Below, piece by piece: positions 1 to 13,525 of a stretch of DNA of 64,000 bases. Made by a program: the position numbers and the translations under genes. Numbering within the stretch: the first letter of the stretch is position 1; every line of letters starts with the position of its first letter. The notes under the pieces were generated by a model. It did no database searches, was not told the DNA's origin, and was given only the letters and a program-made list of their open reading frames with translations. This DNA comes from Eledone cirrhosa (taxonomy: Eukaryota), in the NCBI GenBank assembly GCA_964016885.1, contig OZ024740.1, positions 263,438,001 to 263,502,000 on the forward strand. The letters are read 5' to 3'.

Positions 1-384
1 ATTTATTAGAGCTATTTTATTGTTTCGTCAAAGGTACATCATTGAATCTAGATATTTTAGATTATTTGTTACAATTCAGATAATTAAGAAACAACATTGG
101 AAAATGTTGGTTCATAAGTCAAGAAAATAGTCTCCAGTCTGTAAGACATTAATCTATGGCAACATAAAGTTATAATATGCTTAAAAGGTGCATTGAATGA
201 TTAGAAGGGTGTAGTTCACATAAACCTATTTCAAATTACCTATAAATGATCATGGCTACCATCCTATATTAGATGACCTGTGTTGGTCCTTCTCACATCA
301 TAAGCGTAAAGGTTTCTGCCTTCGCTTTCTTAAAACTATTCCCATTTTACAATATGTGACTCAATCACTCTCTATTTTGATCTC

Positions 385-582
385 TCTAACACGAACAACC
401 CAACCAGGAGCTGGACATATTGACGGAGTAAAACACTTCAAAAACATGTGTACTTGTCTCTACCACACCAATTCGGATTGTCTGAAGAGGTCACAGCGAA
501 TGATGGCTGTCACCGAATTATATATAGCAGTACATCTTTAATAAACGAAGCCAAATTTTAAATATTTGACTTAATTATTTTA
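385..582 (+). mobile_element. Penelope-like pLTR-type repeat, family A, diverged single copy with mutated hammerhead (GAAA->GAAT) at ~477-531
   Basis: Alignable by eye to the right arm of the 29288-29709 palindrome (ctctaccacac..aattcgga.tg.ctgaagaggtcacagc..atggctgtcaccgaa.tatatatagcagt..aataaacgaagccaaattttaaatatttgactta); ends in (TA)n. Confidence 0.75.
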
Positions 583-583
583 A

Positions 584-614
<31 letters not shown>

Positions 615-619
615 TATTT

Positions 620-940
620 TTATATGTGACTTGAGAATGATGTTAAATATTTTTACTGTATAACAATTTGAGAATTAATGCCTCATGTTTCGTATGTATG
701 TCTATATACATACATCGATACTTACACACATATATACATATATATATATATATATTTAGAAACACACAGATACATGCGGACGCACACATATATACATGAA
801 CGCATCCGCACCCAACTGTGAGTTAAGGGTGCCAACTTCACCGATGTTGCTCAATGAATGACTGGGACAGACCAATTCAGTTTGAACCAGACTGAACCAG
901 TATCAGAGTTAAAAAATACATTATGAAGAGAGAAGACATA

Positions 941-1005
<65 letters not shown>

Positions 1006-1015
1006 TATATATGTG

Positions 1016-1084
<69 letters not shown>

Positions 1085-1188
1085 AAGTATCGATGTATGT
1101 ATATAGACATATATACGAAACATGAGGCATTAATTCTCAAATTGTTATACAGTAAAAATATTTAACATCATTCTCAAGTCACATATAA
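620..1188. repeat. Inverted repeat pair, ~110-bp near-identical arms (620-730 and 1078-1188) with ~350-bp spacer
   Basis: ttatatgtgacttgagaatgatg...catcgatacttacacaca is the reverse complement of tgtgtaagtatcgatg...cattctcaagtcacatataa. Confidence 0.9.
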
Positions 1189-1261
1189 GAATAAATAAAC
1201 AATGCTAAATGTAAAGGGTTTTTTTCTTCCCGCTGCATATATAACATATTATATATATATA

Positions 1262-1512
1262 TAAGGACATCTCTCCAGGAAAAGTTCACTCTGATATAAA
1301 ACTTGCGACTTCGTTTGCATCCAAAAATGTAGACCAGTTCTTCTTTTTGGGAAAATGCATTCAATATTCAGAGAGTGGGATTGGCTCCGTGCAAAACTTT
1401 TCCTCATGTAAAAAACTTCAAGCACAGGCATCGGTGATGCATGACATTGCTAGCCATACGCTAGCTCTTAACAGCGATGGCATTACTCGAAATCGAGTTG
1501 CAGCCATCATAT
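1262..1512 (+). mobile_element. Diverged relative of the bipartite RTE-derived element (lacks the zinc-finger segment)
   Basis: Shares actctgatataa, gttcttctttttgg, gagagtggga.tggct, gcacaggcat and the 3' end tactcgaaa.cgagttgcagcca with 4218-4824. Confidence 0.7.
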
Positions 1513-1561
1513 ACATTTACACATACATGCATGTCTATACGTATATATATATTTAAAAGAA

Positions 1562-2050
1562 TAGAGGTGTAACACACGAGTTGTGATATATTGGTAAAAG
1601 GAAAAGAAAATGCTGACAAATTGTTCCCAGTGAAAAATAGTTTAATTAGGAATAAGTAAAAATTAGTAATAAGTATTGGTTAGTATTCATTTTTAGTTTT
1701 AAGTCTTTACCGGTTGCGCATTTCTAATGCTTTTCAAAAATAATTTTGAGATAGAGCGCCCGTGATGTTTGCTGTAATCTGATTAGTTTTGGAAATTCTA
1801 CCTGTTTTATGTGAGAGAGAGATGTATAATCTTATTATGTAACTTGTGGTCACTAGCTTGTCGAACCGAATTTGATGGTCTTACTGAGTCCGTCACGCGT
1901 TGGGCTGTGCTCTAGGTTTAAGGCAGCTGTAATTTGCAGAGTGTGGATGGTACCATTAAGAGTCGAGTTCCGATCGCATGTTCAAACCCGAGCTGATCGT
2001 TATAGAATCAATTGTTTACAAAAAGCTGCAATTTTTCTTGCAGCTTTCAT
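1562..2050. mobile_element. Interspersed repeat between (TA)n tracts (family E), possibly pLTR-derived
   Basis: 1600-1762 matches the arms of the 14440-14748 palindrome; 1955-2050 recurs inverted at 3125-3234. Confidence 0.65.
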
Positions 2051-2580
2051 ATATATATATATATAGTTGAATAAATGAACAGAGAACAAAAAAACAGAGA
2101 AGCAGTACACATGATATGGTTTTTAGTTTCAAATATATATATATATGTATATATAGTATAGAAGAGAAAAAAAAGGTAAGCATTAAGAGAAGGATTTTAT
2201 CCAGGTCTTAACCAAGAACTGGATCACAATAAGCAATTTTTTGCTTCTCTAACTATATGTATATAGATATGTATGTATATATATATATACAGTATATTTG
2301 TATATATATGTACATATAGATATATATTGATTTTTCCCTGGATTTCACAAAATTATGTGGATGAATTTATATCCTGATTATTTTTGAGTTGAGTTTGAAT
2401 TATTTTCCCACATCTTACGTTCACTATTTTTCCATTTTGACGCTATAGTCACTTATATATTATGGAATACTGTTGGCTTCTTGCTACAATAATTTCCATA
2501 CCTTTCATTTATGTATACATATATATACAGTATATTTGTATGTATATGTATGTGGTATATATAATACATAGGTATACATA

Positions 2581-2627
<47 letters not shown>

Positions 2628-2776
2628 GTGAGGTTTTTTTTACAAATTGAAAAATAACCGAGGTGTCCTACACGAGTGAAAATATAAAGAAAAAGAGATG
2701 AAATCGAAAATGCAACTGGAGTCTTATTTTTTTTTAAAATAAGACTCCAGTTGCATTTTCGATTTCATCTCTTTTT

Positions 2777-2855
<79 letters not shown>

Positions 2856-2991
2856 CATATACTTACAAATATATATATATATACATACAAATATATATAT
2901 ATATGTATGTATATATATATCATATACATACAAATATATATATATGTATATATATATATCATATACATACAAATATATATATATATATATG

Positions 2992-3039
<48 letters not shown>

Positions 3040-3234
3040 TTTGAAACTAAAAACAATATTATTTGTACTGCCACTCTGTTTTTTGTTCTCTGTTCATTTA
3101 TTCAACTATATATGTATATATGTTTGAAAGCTGCAAGAAGAATTGCAGCTTTTTGTAAACTTTATTTCTTATTACAATTGTTTCTATAACGATCAGCTCG
3201 CGTGTGTTCATGTGATCGGAACCTGACTCTTAAT
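1955..3234. repeat. Inverted repeat pair (~1955-2136 and ~3037-3234), diverged arms
   Basis: attaagagtc..gagctgatcgttataga..aaaagctgcaa..ttgcagctttca..gttgaataaatgaacagagaacaaaaaa is reverse-complemented at 3037-3234. Confidence 0.85.
2687..2779. repeat. Perfect palindrome, 44-bp arms, 5-nt T loop
   Basis: aagaaaaagagatgaaatcgaaaatgcaactggagtcttatttt-ttttt-aaaataagactccagttgcattttcgatttcatctctttttctt. Confidence 0.95.
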
Positions 3235-3262
3235 CGATATTTTTTCATGTATGAGAGTTTAC

Positions 3263-3356
<94 letters not shown>

Positions 3357-3390
3357 CATATACATACATATATATATATATATATATCAT

Positions 3391-3457
<67 letters not shown>

Positions 3458-3545
3458 CATATAAATGTATCATATACATTCATATATATACATAATAAAT
3501 ATATATGATATACATACATATATATATATAAATATATATATATAT

Positions 3546-3590
<45 letters not shown>

Positions 3591-3614
3591 CATACATATA
3601 TATATATATATTAT

Positions 3615-3653
<39 letters not shown>

Positions 3654-3664
3654 TTTTAATATAC

Positions 3665-3897
<233 letters not shown>

Positions 3898-4217
3898 CTT
3901 ATATATATATATATCGTTTTGATTGAATAAGGCAGCAGGTTATCTCTCGTCTATTTTATTGCTTGAACCGTTAGAGGCAATAATCTAGCAACTTCCTCTG
4001 TCGTTCTGTCCCTATCTCATTTTCCCCCTCTGTTTCTTCCATGCTTCTTACTCTCCTTTTACTTATCTTCTATATTTTATTCTTATTCTTTTAGCTTCTA
4101 ATTATCATTGATCATTTTATTCGCAGCTTAGAAACAGTTCTTTATGTATGTATGTATGTATGTATGTATGTATGTATGTATGTATGTATGTATGTATGTA
4201 TGTATGTATGTATCTAT

Positions 4218-4848
4218 GTCAGGTCACCAGTTGGTGCTACTGGTAACATGTATCCCAGTACAACCTGACTCATGGTCGGGTCGTTGGCGACTAAACTGGC
4301 AACCCCACCAAGGTTTCTTGGTGAGGAGGGTGACTTTGGACATCCTGCAGGATTTAAAAAAACCTGTCAAAGGGCAAAGGAGCTCTTAAGAGTCAATGGC
4401 CATCCAAAATCACCGGGAGAGATGACCCCTTAGCCTTTGTCAAGGCAGAATTCTAGGAGAAGGAAAACTCTGATATAACACCTGCAACCCTGATGGTATC
4501 CAATGATGTTGACTTGTTCTTCTTTTTGGTAAATATCATTTTGGTTATGAGAGTGGGACTGGCTTTGTGCAGTGCCTTTGCTCACTATAAAAGCTTCACG
4601 GCACAGGCATTGCTTTATATCTGGAGATCTCTCTGCCCTTGTCATCTCATGGTACCATGGGCCCAGCACTATGTGTCAATAATTGTCACAAGTGTAGTGT
4701 TTGTACCAGAGTTTTCAAGTCACTGGCTGAGACTAAAAAGTCACACTCGTTCAGCGCATCGGTAGGGGTTCTCCTACATGGATATAAAGTAGTGGCCGTA
4801 CTCGAAAACGAGTTGGCAGCCACCATGTATCTATGTATGTATGTATGT
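4218..4848 (+). mobile_element. Bipartite non-autonomous RTE-derived retroposon (5'UTR-like part fused to LINE 3' end) with (GTAT)n tail, copy 1
   Basis: aggagaaggaaaactctgat motif resembling RTE 5'UTRs; 3' part encodes C-x2-C-x12-H-x4-H ([22 protein letters not shown], frameshifted in this copy); terminal stem-loop ctcg-aaaa-cgag; tetranucleotide tail. Confidence 0.8.
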
Positions 4849-4849
4849 T

Positions 4850-5152
4850 TTCTCTTTCTCTTAATTTCGAGTATATTTTTTCGACCGGCCACCTTCCTGG
4901 TGGCAAGGTTGTAAAAGAAAAGGATTTGTCATCCCTTGAAACGCAAGAATGTTTTGCAAATTTTGAAGGTGCCAGCTATCGCTGCCATTTGTAGACTATG
5001 AATTAGGGACTGCGCTCTTTGTCCGCAAATCCAAGTTCAGTCATACTTTGGTCCAAACGGGTTGGTATATAACCCGTAGCTCCAATAATGATGGGTATGA
5101 AGCTAAAGGTGTATCTTGGATACTGAATTTGTAAACTCCTCTACTGGATTTG
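4850..5152 (-). mobile_element. 5'-truncated R4/Dong-like (restriction-like endonuclease) non-LTR retrotransposon 3' end
   Basis: Manual minus-strand translation ~5137-4929 with one frameshift: SLQIQYPRYTFSFIPIIIGATGYIPTRLDQSMTELGFADKER/SLIHSLQMAAIAGTFKICKTFLRFKG*, matching the IPIIIGA.G..P and LQ....GT.KI C-terminus of R4/Dong ORFs; flanked by (GTAT)n. Confidence 0.75.
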
Positions 5153-5177
5153 TAAATGTATGTATGTATCTATGTAT

Positions 5178-5932
5178 GTTTAGTCGCCAACGACCCGACC
5201 ATGTATCCCTGTACAACCTGTCTCATGGCCGGGTCTTTGGCGACTAAACTGGCAATCCCACCAAGGTTTCTTGGTGAGGAGGGTGACTTTGGACATCCTG
5301 CAGGACTAAAAACAAAACCTGTCAAAGGGCAAAGGAGCTCTTAAGAGTCAATGGCCATCCAAAATCACCGGGAGAGATGACCCCTTAGCCTTTGTCAAGG
5401 CAGAATTCTAGGAGAAGGAAAACTCTGATAAAACACCTGCAACCCTGATGGTATCCAATGATGTTGACTTGTTCTTCTTTTTGGTAAATATCATCTTGGT
5501 TAAGAGAGTGGGACTGGCTTTGTGCAGTGCCTTTGCTCACTATAAAAGCTTCACGGCACAGGCATTGCTTTATATCTGGAGATCTCTCTGCACTTGTCGT
5601 GACATGGTACCATGAGCCCAGCACCATGTGTCAATAATTGTCACAAGTGTAGTATTTTTACCAGAGTTTTCAAAGTCGCTGGCTGGACTAAAAAGTCACA
5701 CTCGTTTAGCGCAATCAGTAGGGGGTTCTCCTACATGGAATAAAAGTAGTGGCCGTACTCGAAAACGAGTTGGCAGCCACCATCTATGTATGTATGTATG
5801 TATGTATGTATGTATGTATGTATGTATGTATGTCTGCATGCATGTACGTATGTATGTATGTATGTATGTATGTATGTATGTATGTATGTATGCTATGTAT
5901 GTATGTATGTTTGTATGTATGTATGTATGTAT
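5178..5932 (+). mobile_element. Bipartite RTE-derived retroposon, copy 2, with a short 5' inversion (hairpin 5178-5249) and long (GTAT)n tail
   Basis: Near-identical to 4250-4824; gtttagtcgccaacgacccgaccatg is the reverse complement of catggtcgggtcgttggcgactaaac. Confidence 0.85.
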
Positions 5933-6028
5933 GGCCATATCCCGATTACGAGGGGGCAGCCTTCATGTATGTATGTGCCTCTATGTATGTTTGTATAATG
6001 TGTATGTGTATATGTTTGTATTTTATTT

Positions 6029-6069
<41 letters not shown>

Positions 6070-6113
6070 TTATAGATAGATATATAGATATATAGATAGA
6101 TAGATAGATAGAT

Positions 6114-6149
<36 letters not shown>

Positions 6150-6638
6150 GCACGGATAGAGAGAGAGAGAGAGGGTTGGAGAGTGAGAGATATTATGTAT
6201 ACTTAAATGTATATCAGAGGAACGCTTGCATATTGCAAAGACGTTGACATCCCGCCGGCCACATCCTACGGTTCATTACAGACCACCCCCGTTTTGGTGT
6301 AAAATATTCTTTGTGTGCAGGCATTTCGATTCAATTATACCGATTCCTGAGCCCCCTATTTGCTTGTGGCAAGCGATCAAAGGCTGAGTTCCTTTCGTCA
6401 TGGCAACCAGAAGAATATATCTGCGATCAAGTTCAAAGCCATGTATGTTTCCACAATTCTTCAAATGTCATTTATTGCCAGGCAAGATTGTACCACCCAG
6501 CATCACTTGTTCTCAGCCTCCAGCACAATTACTTGCCTCACCTCGGCTCTAAAAATATCTATTCCTTTCTCTTTTCCTTTTCGACTCTTTCTGTGCCCTC
6601 TTTTTTTCTTTTCAACACTTTCTTTCTTTCAATCTCTC

Positions 6639-6671
<33 letters not shown>

Positions 6672-7436
6672 CTCTCTCCTCCTCTCTCTCTCTCTCACTC
6701 TCTCTCTCTTTCTCTCTCTCACTCATTCATTCACTCACTGTATTTCTATCTCTCTCTCACTCTCTGTTTTTCCTCTCTCCACTCAATCATAATATCTTTC
6801 TCTTTCTCTCATAAAATTTCAATCTCACCCCCTCCCCGAGAATAGGAGGAAAAAACACATCTATGATATTTAAACGACTCTGCAGTCAGCCTCTCTCTTG
6901 CTGTACGGGTCAACGCGCATGTGGTAGAGGCAGCTACTTCAACCACTGGGATAAACATACCCGCCATTTACACCCAGCGGCTACAGTAAGGAGGAGAACT
7001 GTGCTAGGCAGATGGGACAAAACTTGGCACCTCATCCTTAGCTGATTCTTGCACACAAATGTTAATACTACCTTCGGGGGGGGAATCATTGGTTACAAAT
7101 AAACACATCAGACAAAGAAGTGTAATTTCTTTGAAAGCGGAATGAATAGCGAATGGGCAATAGAAAGAGAGAGAGAGAGAAGAGAAGGAATGAGAAGAAG
7201 AGAGAGAGAGAGAGAAGGAGGAGAGAGAGATGAGAAGAGAGAGAGAGAGAAGAAAAGAAAGCTATAGACAAAAAGAGATATAGCGTGGGGTAGTGAATGG
7301 ATGAGGAGAGAGGGGGAAAGAAAGAGAGGAAAAAGAGCTTGCAATTATAGTATTTATTTCTATGTGCTAAGTTATATATGTATATATATATATTTATATA
7401 TATATATATACATGTAAAGCCCCACACACACACATG

Positions 7437-7467
<31 letters not shown>

Positions 7468-8438
7468 GTATGTATGTATGTATGTATGTATGTATGTAGA
7501 TGTAAACGCACACACACACCATATGTATGTATGTATGTATATATGTATGTATGTATGTATTTATATACGTATGTAAATGTATGTATATGTATGTATGTAT
7601 ATGTATATATATATATATACACATACATTCCCTTTCTCCAATATTTCTATATATTCTACGTGTTTATTTTATATCATATTTAGATGGGGTTTTTTTTATG
7701 TACGTATTATTTTATTATCATTAGTTTTATTCATTCTTGCTATTTTTCATGCCGTTGGGCNNNNNNNNNNNNNNNNNNNNNNNNNNNNNNNNNNNNNNNN
7801 NNNNNNNNNNNNNNNNNNNNNNNNNNNNNNNNNNNNNNNNNNNNNNNNNNNNNNNNNNNNNNNNNNNNNNNNNNNNNNNNNNNNNNNNNNNNNNNNNNNN
7901 NNNNNNNNNNNNNNNNNNNNNNNNNNNNNNNNNNNNNNNNNNNNNNNNNNNNNNNNNNNNTTAAGAGAGTGGGACTGGCTTTGTGCAGTGCCTTTGCTCA
8001 CTATAAAAGCTTCACAGCACAGGCATTGCTTTATATCTGGAGATCTCTCTGCACTTGTCATCACATGGTCAATATGATGCACTATGTGTCAATAATGGTC
8101 ACAAGTGTAGTCTTTGTACCAGAGTTTTCAAGTCGCTGGCTGGACTAAAAAGTCACCTTCGTTCAGCGCATCGGTAGGGGTTCTCCTACATGGATATAAA
8201 GCAGTGGCCGTACTCGAAAACGAGTTGGCAGCCACCATGTATGTATGTATGTATGTATGTATGTCTGCATGCATGTACGTATGTATGTATGTATGTATGT
8301 ATGTATGTATGTATGTTTGTATGTATGTATGTATGTATGTATGGCCATACCCGATTACGAGGGCGCAGCCTTCATGTATGTATGTGCCTCTATGTATCTT
8401 TGTATAAATGTGTATGTGTATATGTTTGTATTTTATTT

Positions 8439-8471
<33 letters not shown>

Positions 8472-8955
8472 GCACGGATAGAGAGAGAGAGAGAGGGTTG
8501 GAGAGTGAGAGATATTATGTATACTTAAATGTATATCAGAGGAACGATTGCATATTGCAAAGACGTTGACATCCCGCCGGCCACATCCTACGGTTCATTA
8601 CAGACCACCCCCGTTTTGGTGTAAAATATTCTTTGTGTGCAGGCATTTCGATTCAATTATACCGATTCCTGAGCCCCCTATTTGCTTGTGGCAAGCGATC
8701 AAAGGCTGAGTTCCTTTCGTCATGGCAACCAGAAGAATATATCTGCGATCAAGTTCAAAGCCATGTATGTTTCCACAATTCTTCAAATGTCATTTATTGC
8801 CAGGCAAGATTGTACCACCCAGCATCACTTGTTCTCAGCCTCCCAGCACAATTAATTGCCTCACCTCGGCTCTAAAAATATCTATTCCTTTCTCTTTTCC
8901 TTTTCGACTCTTTCTGTGCCTCTTTTTTTCTTTTCAACACTTTCTTTCTTTCTTT

Positions 8956-9028
<73 letters not shown>

Positions 9029-9484
9029 TCTCTCTTTCTCTCTCTCACTCATTCATTCACTCACTGTATTTCTATCTCTCTCTCACTCTCTGTTTTTCTC
9101 TCTCACTCAATCATAATATCTTTCTCTTTCTCTCATAAAATTTCAATCTCACCCCCTCCCCGAGAATAGGAGGAAAAACACATCTATGATATTTAAACCG
9201 ACTCTGCAGTCAGCCTCTCTCTTGCTGTACGGGTCAACGCGCATGTGGGTAGAGGCAGCCTACTTCAACCACTGGGATAAACATACCGCCATTTACACCC
9301 AGCGGCTACAGTAAGGAGAGAACTGTGCTAGGGCAGATGGGACAAAACTTGGCACCTCTATCCTTAGCTGATTCTTGCACACAAATGTTAATACTACCTC
9401 GGGGGGAATCATCTGGTTACAAATAACACATCAGACAAAGAAGTGTAATTTCTTTGAAGCGGAATGAATAGCGAATGGGCAAAT

Positions 9485-9555
<71 letters not shown>

Positions 9556-9675
9556 AAAGTATAGACAAAAAGAGATATAGCGTGGGGTGTGAATGGATGA
9601 GGAGAGAGGGGAAAGAAAGAGAGAAAAAGAGCTTGCAATTATATGTATTTATTTCTATGTGCTAAGTTATATATG

Positions 9676-9706
<31 letters not shown>

Positions 9707-10066
9707 ATACATGTAAAGCCCCACACACACACATGTATGTATGTATGTATGTAAGTATGTATGTAAGTATGTATGTATGTATGTATGTATGTATGTATGT
9801 ATGTATGTAGATGTAAACGCACACACACACATATGTATGTATGTATATATGTATGTATGTATGTATTTATATACGTATGTATATGTATGTATATGTATGT
9901 ATGTATATGTATATATATATATATACACATACATTCCCTTTCTCCAATATTTCTATATATTCTACGTGTTTATTTTATATCATATTTAGATGGGTTTTTT
10001 TTTATGTACGTATTATTTTATTATCGTTAGTTTTATTCATTCTTGCTATTTTTCATGCCGTTGGGC
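5500..10066. repeat. Direct duplication of ~2.2 kb (5500-7760 vs 7961-10066) across an N gap; probable assembly overlap
   Basis: Sequence after the gap restarts at ttaagagagtgggactggc (=5500) and reaches gccgttgggc (=7760) at 10066; differences are mostly microsatellite lengths and 1-bp indels. Confidence 0.9.
7761..7960. other. Assembly gap (200 N)
   Basis: Run of n characters. Confidence 1.
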
Positions 10067-10259
10067 ATAGGTTTCTCTCTGTGCCACAGCAGAGCGTACA
10101 GCTGTGTCTGCAAGACAGGGCTTACAGATTGTCTGACGTTGGTGGTGGTTGTGGTGGTAAAAAAAAAGAAACTGCGTGTGTATATAAGTTTGTATGTGAG
10201 AAAAATTGAGTGAGAAGAAAGCATATATATATATATATATATAATATATATATATATAT

Positions 10260-10290
<31 letters not shown>

Positions 10291-10414
10291 TATATGTGTG
10301 TGTTTGTGTGTGTGTGTGCGTGAGTGTGTGCGCGCGTGTGTGTGTGTAAGTGTTTATAGAAAGAATCGCCAAAACATGTTAAGAGACACCAATTGTAACT
10401 GGTTTCTCTCTCTC

Positions 10415-11745
<1,331 letters not shown>

Positions 11746-11809
11746 ATACTTAGAGAGAAAGGAAAAATGAATGGAAAGAGTGAGAGAGACAGAGAGGGAA
11801 AGTGAAAGT

Positions 11810-11860
<51 letters not shown>

Positions 11861-12341
11861 TATCATTAGAACACTTGATTTAATGATTCACGCTATTTGT
11901 TCTGTCTCTTTGTATTCTGGGTTCAAATTCCGCTGATGTCAAACTTGCCTTTCATCCTTTCGTACTTTATGAATATGTCCCACTCCATGAGCTAGGGACT
12001 ATGGAAATAATGAAAGCGGTGAACGAAATGATTCGGGATGCCTCTCCTGGTTCTTTGCGTATTGACTTCAAATATCATACAAAGTTCAAGCCCTAAAACC
12101 AGCACACCCTTTCTCAAGGTCTGTGCAAAGTCTACTTCTTCCAGAGAAAGAGAGAGGAGGAAGAGAGAAAGATATATTGTTGAAGAATTGGACTGTTACT
12201 ATATTGTTGACCTCGAAATGATGAAATGCAAAATTGAACGCGGTGGAATAAAACTCAGCAGCAAAGAGCCAACATTCTAATGCCTCTGCCAACTCACTAA
12301 CTAGGTGGATAGATAGATTGCTAGATAGAGATAAACCTCGT

Positions 12342-12405
<64 letters not shown>

Positions 12406-12426
12406 TCCAGAGCAATTTGAAATAAT

Positions 12427-12612
12427 TGTTTCTACTTTAGGCACAAGGCCAGCAAATAACCCAGTTCATTACTGGTACTTTATTTTATCGACCTCGTAAG
12501 GATGAAAGGCAAAGTTAACCTCGGCGGGATTTGAACTCAGATCGTAAAGGGACGTAACTCTGCTGGAAAGCATGGCGTCCGACCCTCTACCGATACTGCC
12601 AATCCACCGCCC
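12427..12612 (-). mobile_element. tRNA-derived SINE (octopod-type), full length, 18-bp TSD
   Basis: Minus strand has A-box tggcagtatcgg and B-box gttcaaatcc; TSD agagcaatttgaaataat at 12409-12426 and 12616-12633. Confidence 0.9.
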
Positions 12613-12828
12613 TTTAGAGCAATTTGAAATAATAATAGTCAATCACTGTAAATTAAATAGGGAAGGAAATCAAGTAAAGTATCCCTGGAGACGGAAACAG
12701 TGAACAAGCAACAATGTACAATTTCGTTCTCTCCATGGAAATTTTATCTTAAATTCTAGACCATTAATCCCTTCGTTTGCTTTGGGCGGCCCACGTCAAC
12801 ATATATATCCATCTCTAAGTGTATATTA

Positions 12829-12867
<39 letters not shown>

Positions 12868-13236
12868 GGAGATTTGTATATGAATCCATAAAAATATGCA
12901 TTCATACACTACACTATTATGCTAGGTTAGTGCCACTGCTAATATATACAACCACACACGAACACTCGGACATACACACACAAACACATATCCATATGTA
13001 ACTATATAGAAAAGAACATAGAATGTTTAGTGAACGCAATTTTCAAACTAAAACTGCATTGATGTGATAGGAAACATTTTCATTTTAGAAAAAAAAAATT
13101 GTTAAAATATGAATATCTTCTACGTCTCTTATTGGTTTTTATTTACAAATTCAATTAATAGGAGTTGGTGACAGCTTATTGCAAGGATAACTTGATTCAA
13201 TTGACATTTTCAATCTTACTGATTGAATCTGAATAG

Positions 13237-13332
<96 letters not shown>

Positions 13333-13414
13333 ATATAAAGAAGAAAGTGCGGTAAGGAACCAGATGGACCATAATGCACCAGAGTACTCAATACTTAGGG
13401 TAGTAGAGTGGGTA

Positions 13415-13525
13415 ATAGGAAAATATTTAACCCCGACGGCAGAGCTCAAGCCGTCTCGACGGCTATTCCAGTCCAGAAATAGCCGTCGAAACGGCTAGAG
13501 GTCTGTCGTCGGGGTTAAACATTTT

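Noticed and set aside
4639-4765. C2H2 zinc-finger host gene
   Set aside because: Single finger within a multi-copy retroposon 3' end, frameshifted in some copies.
12500-12612. tRNA gene
   Set aside because: A and B boxes belong to a SINE head with body, tail and TSD; no cloverleaf seen.
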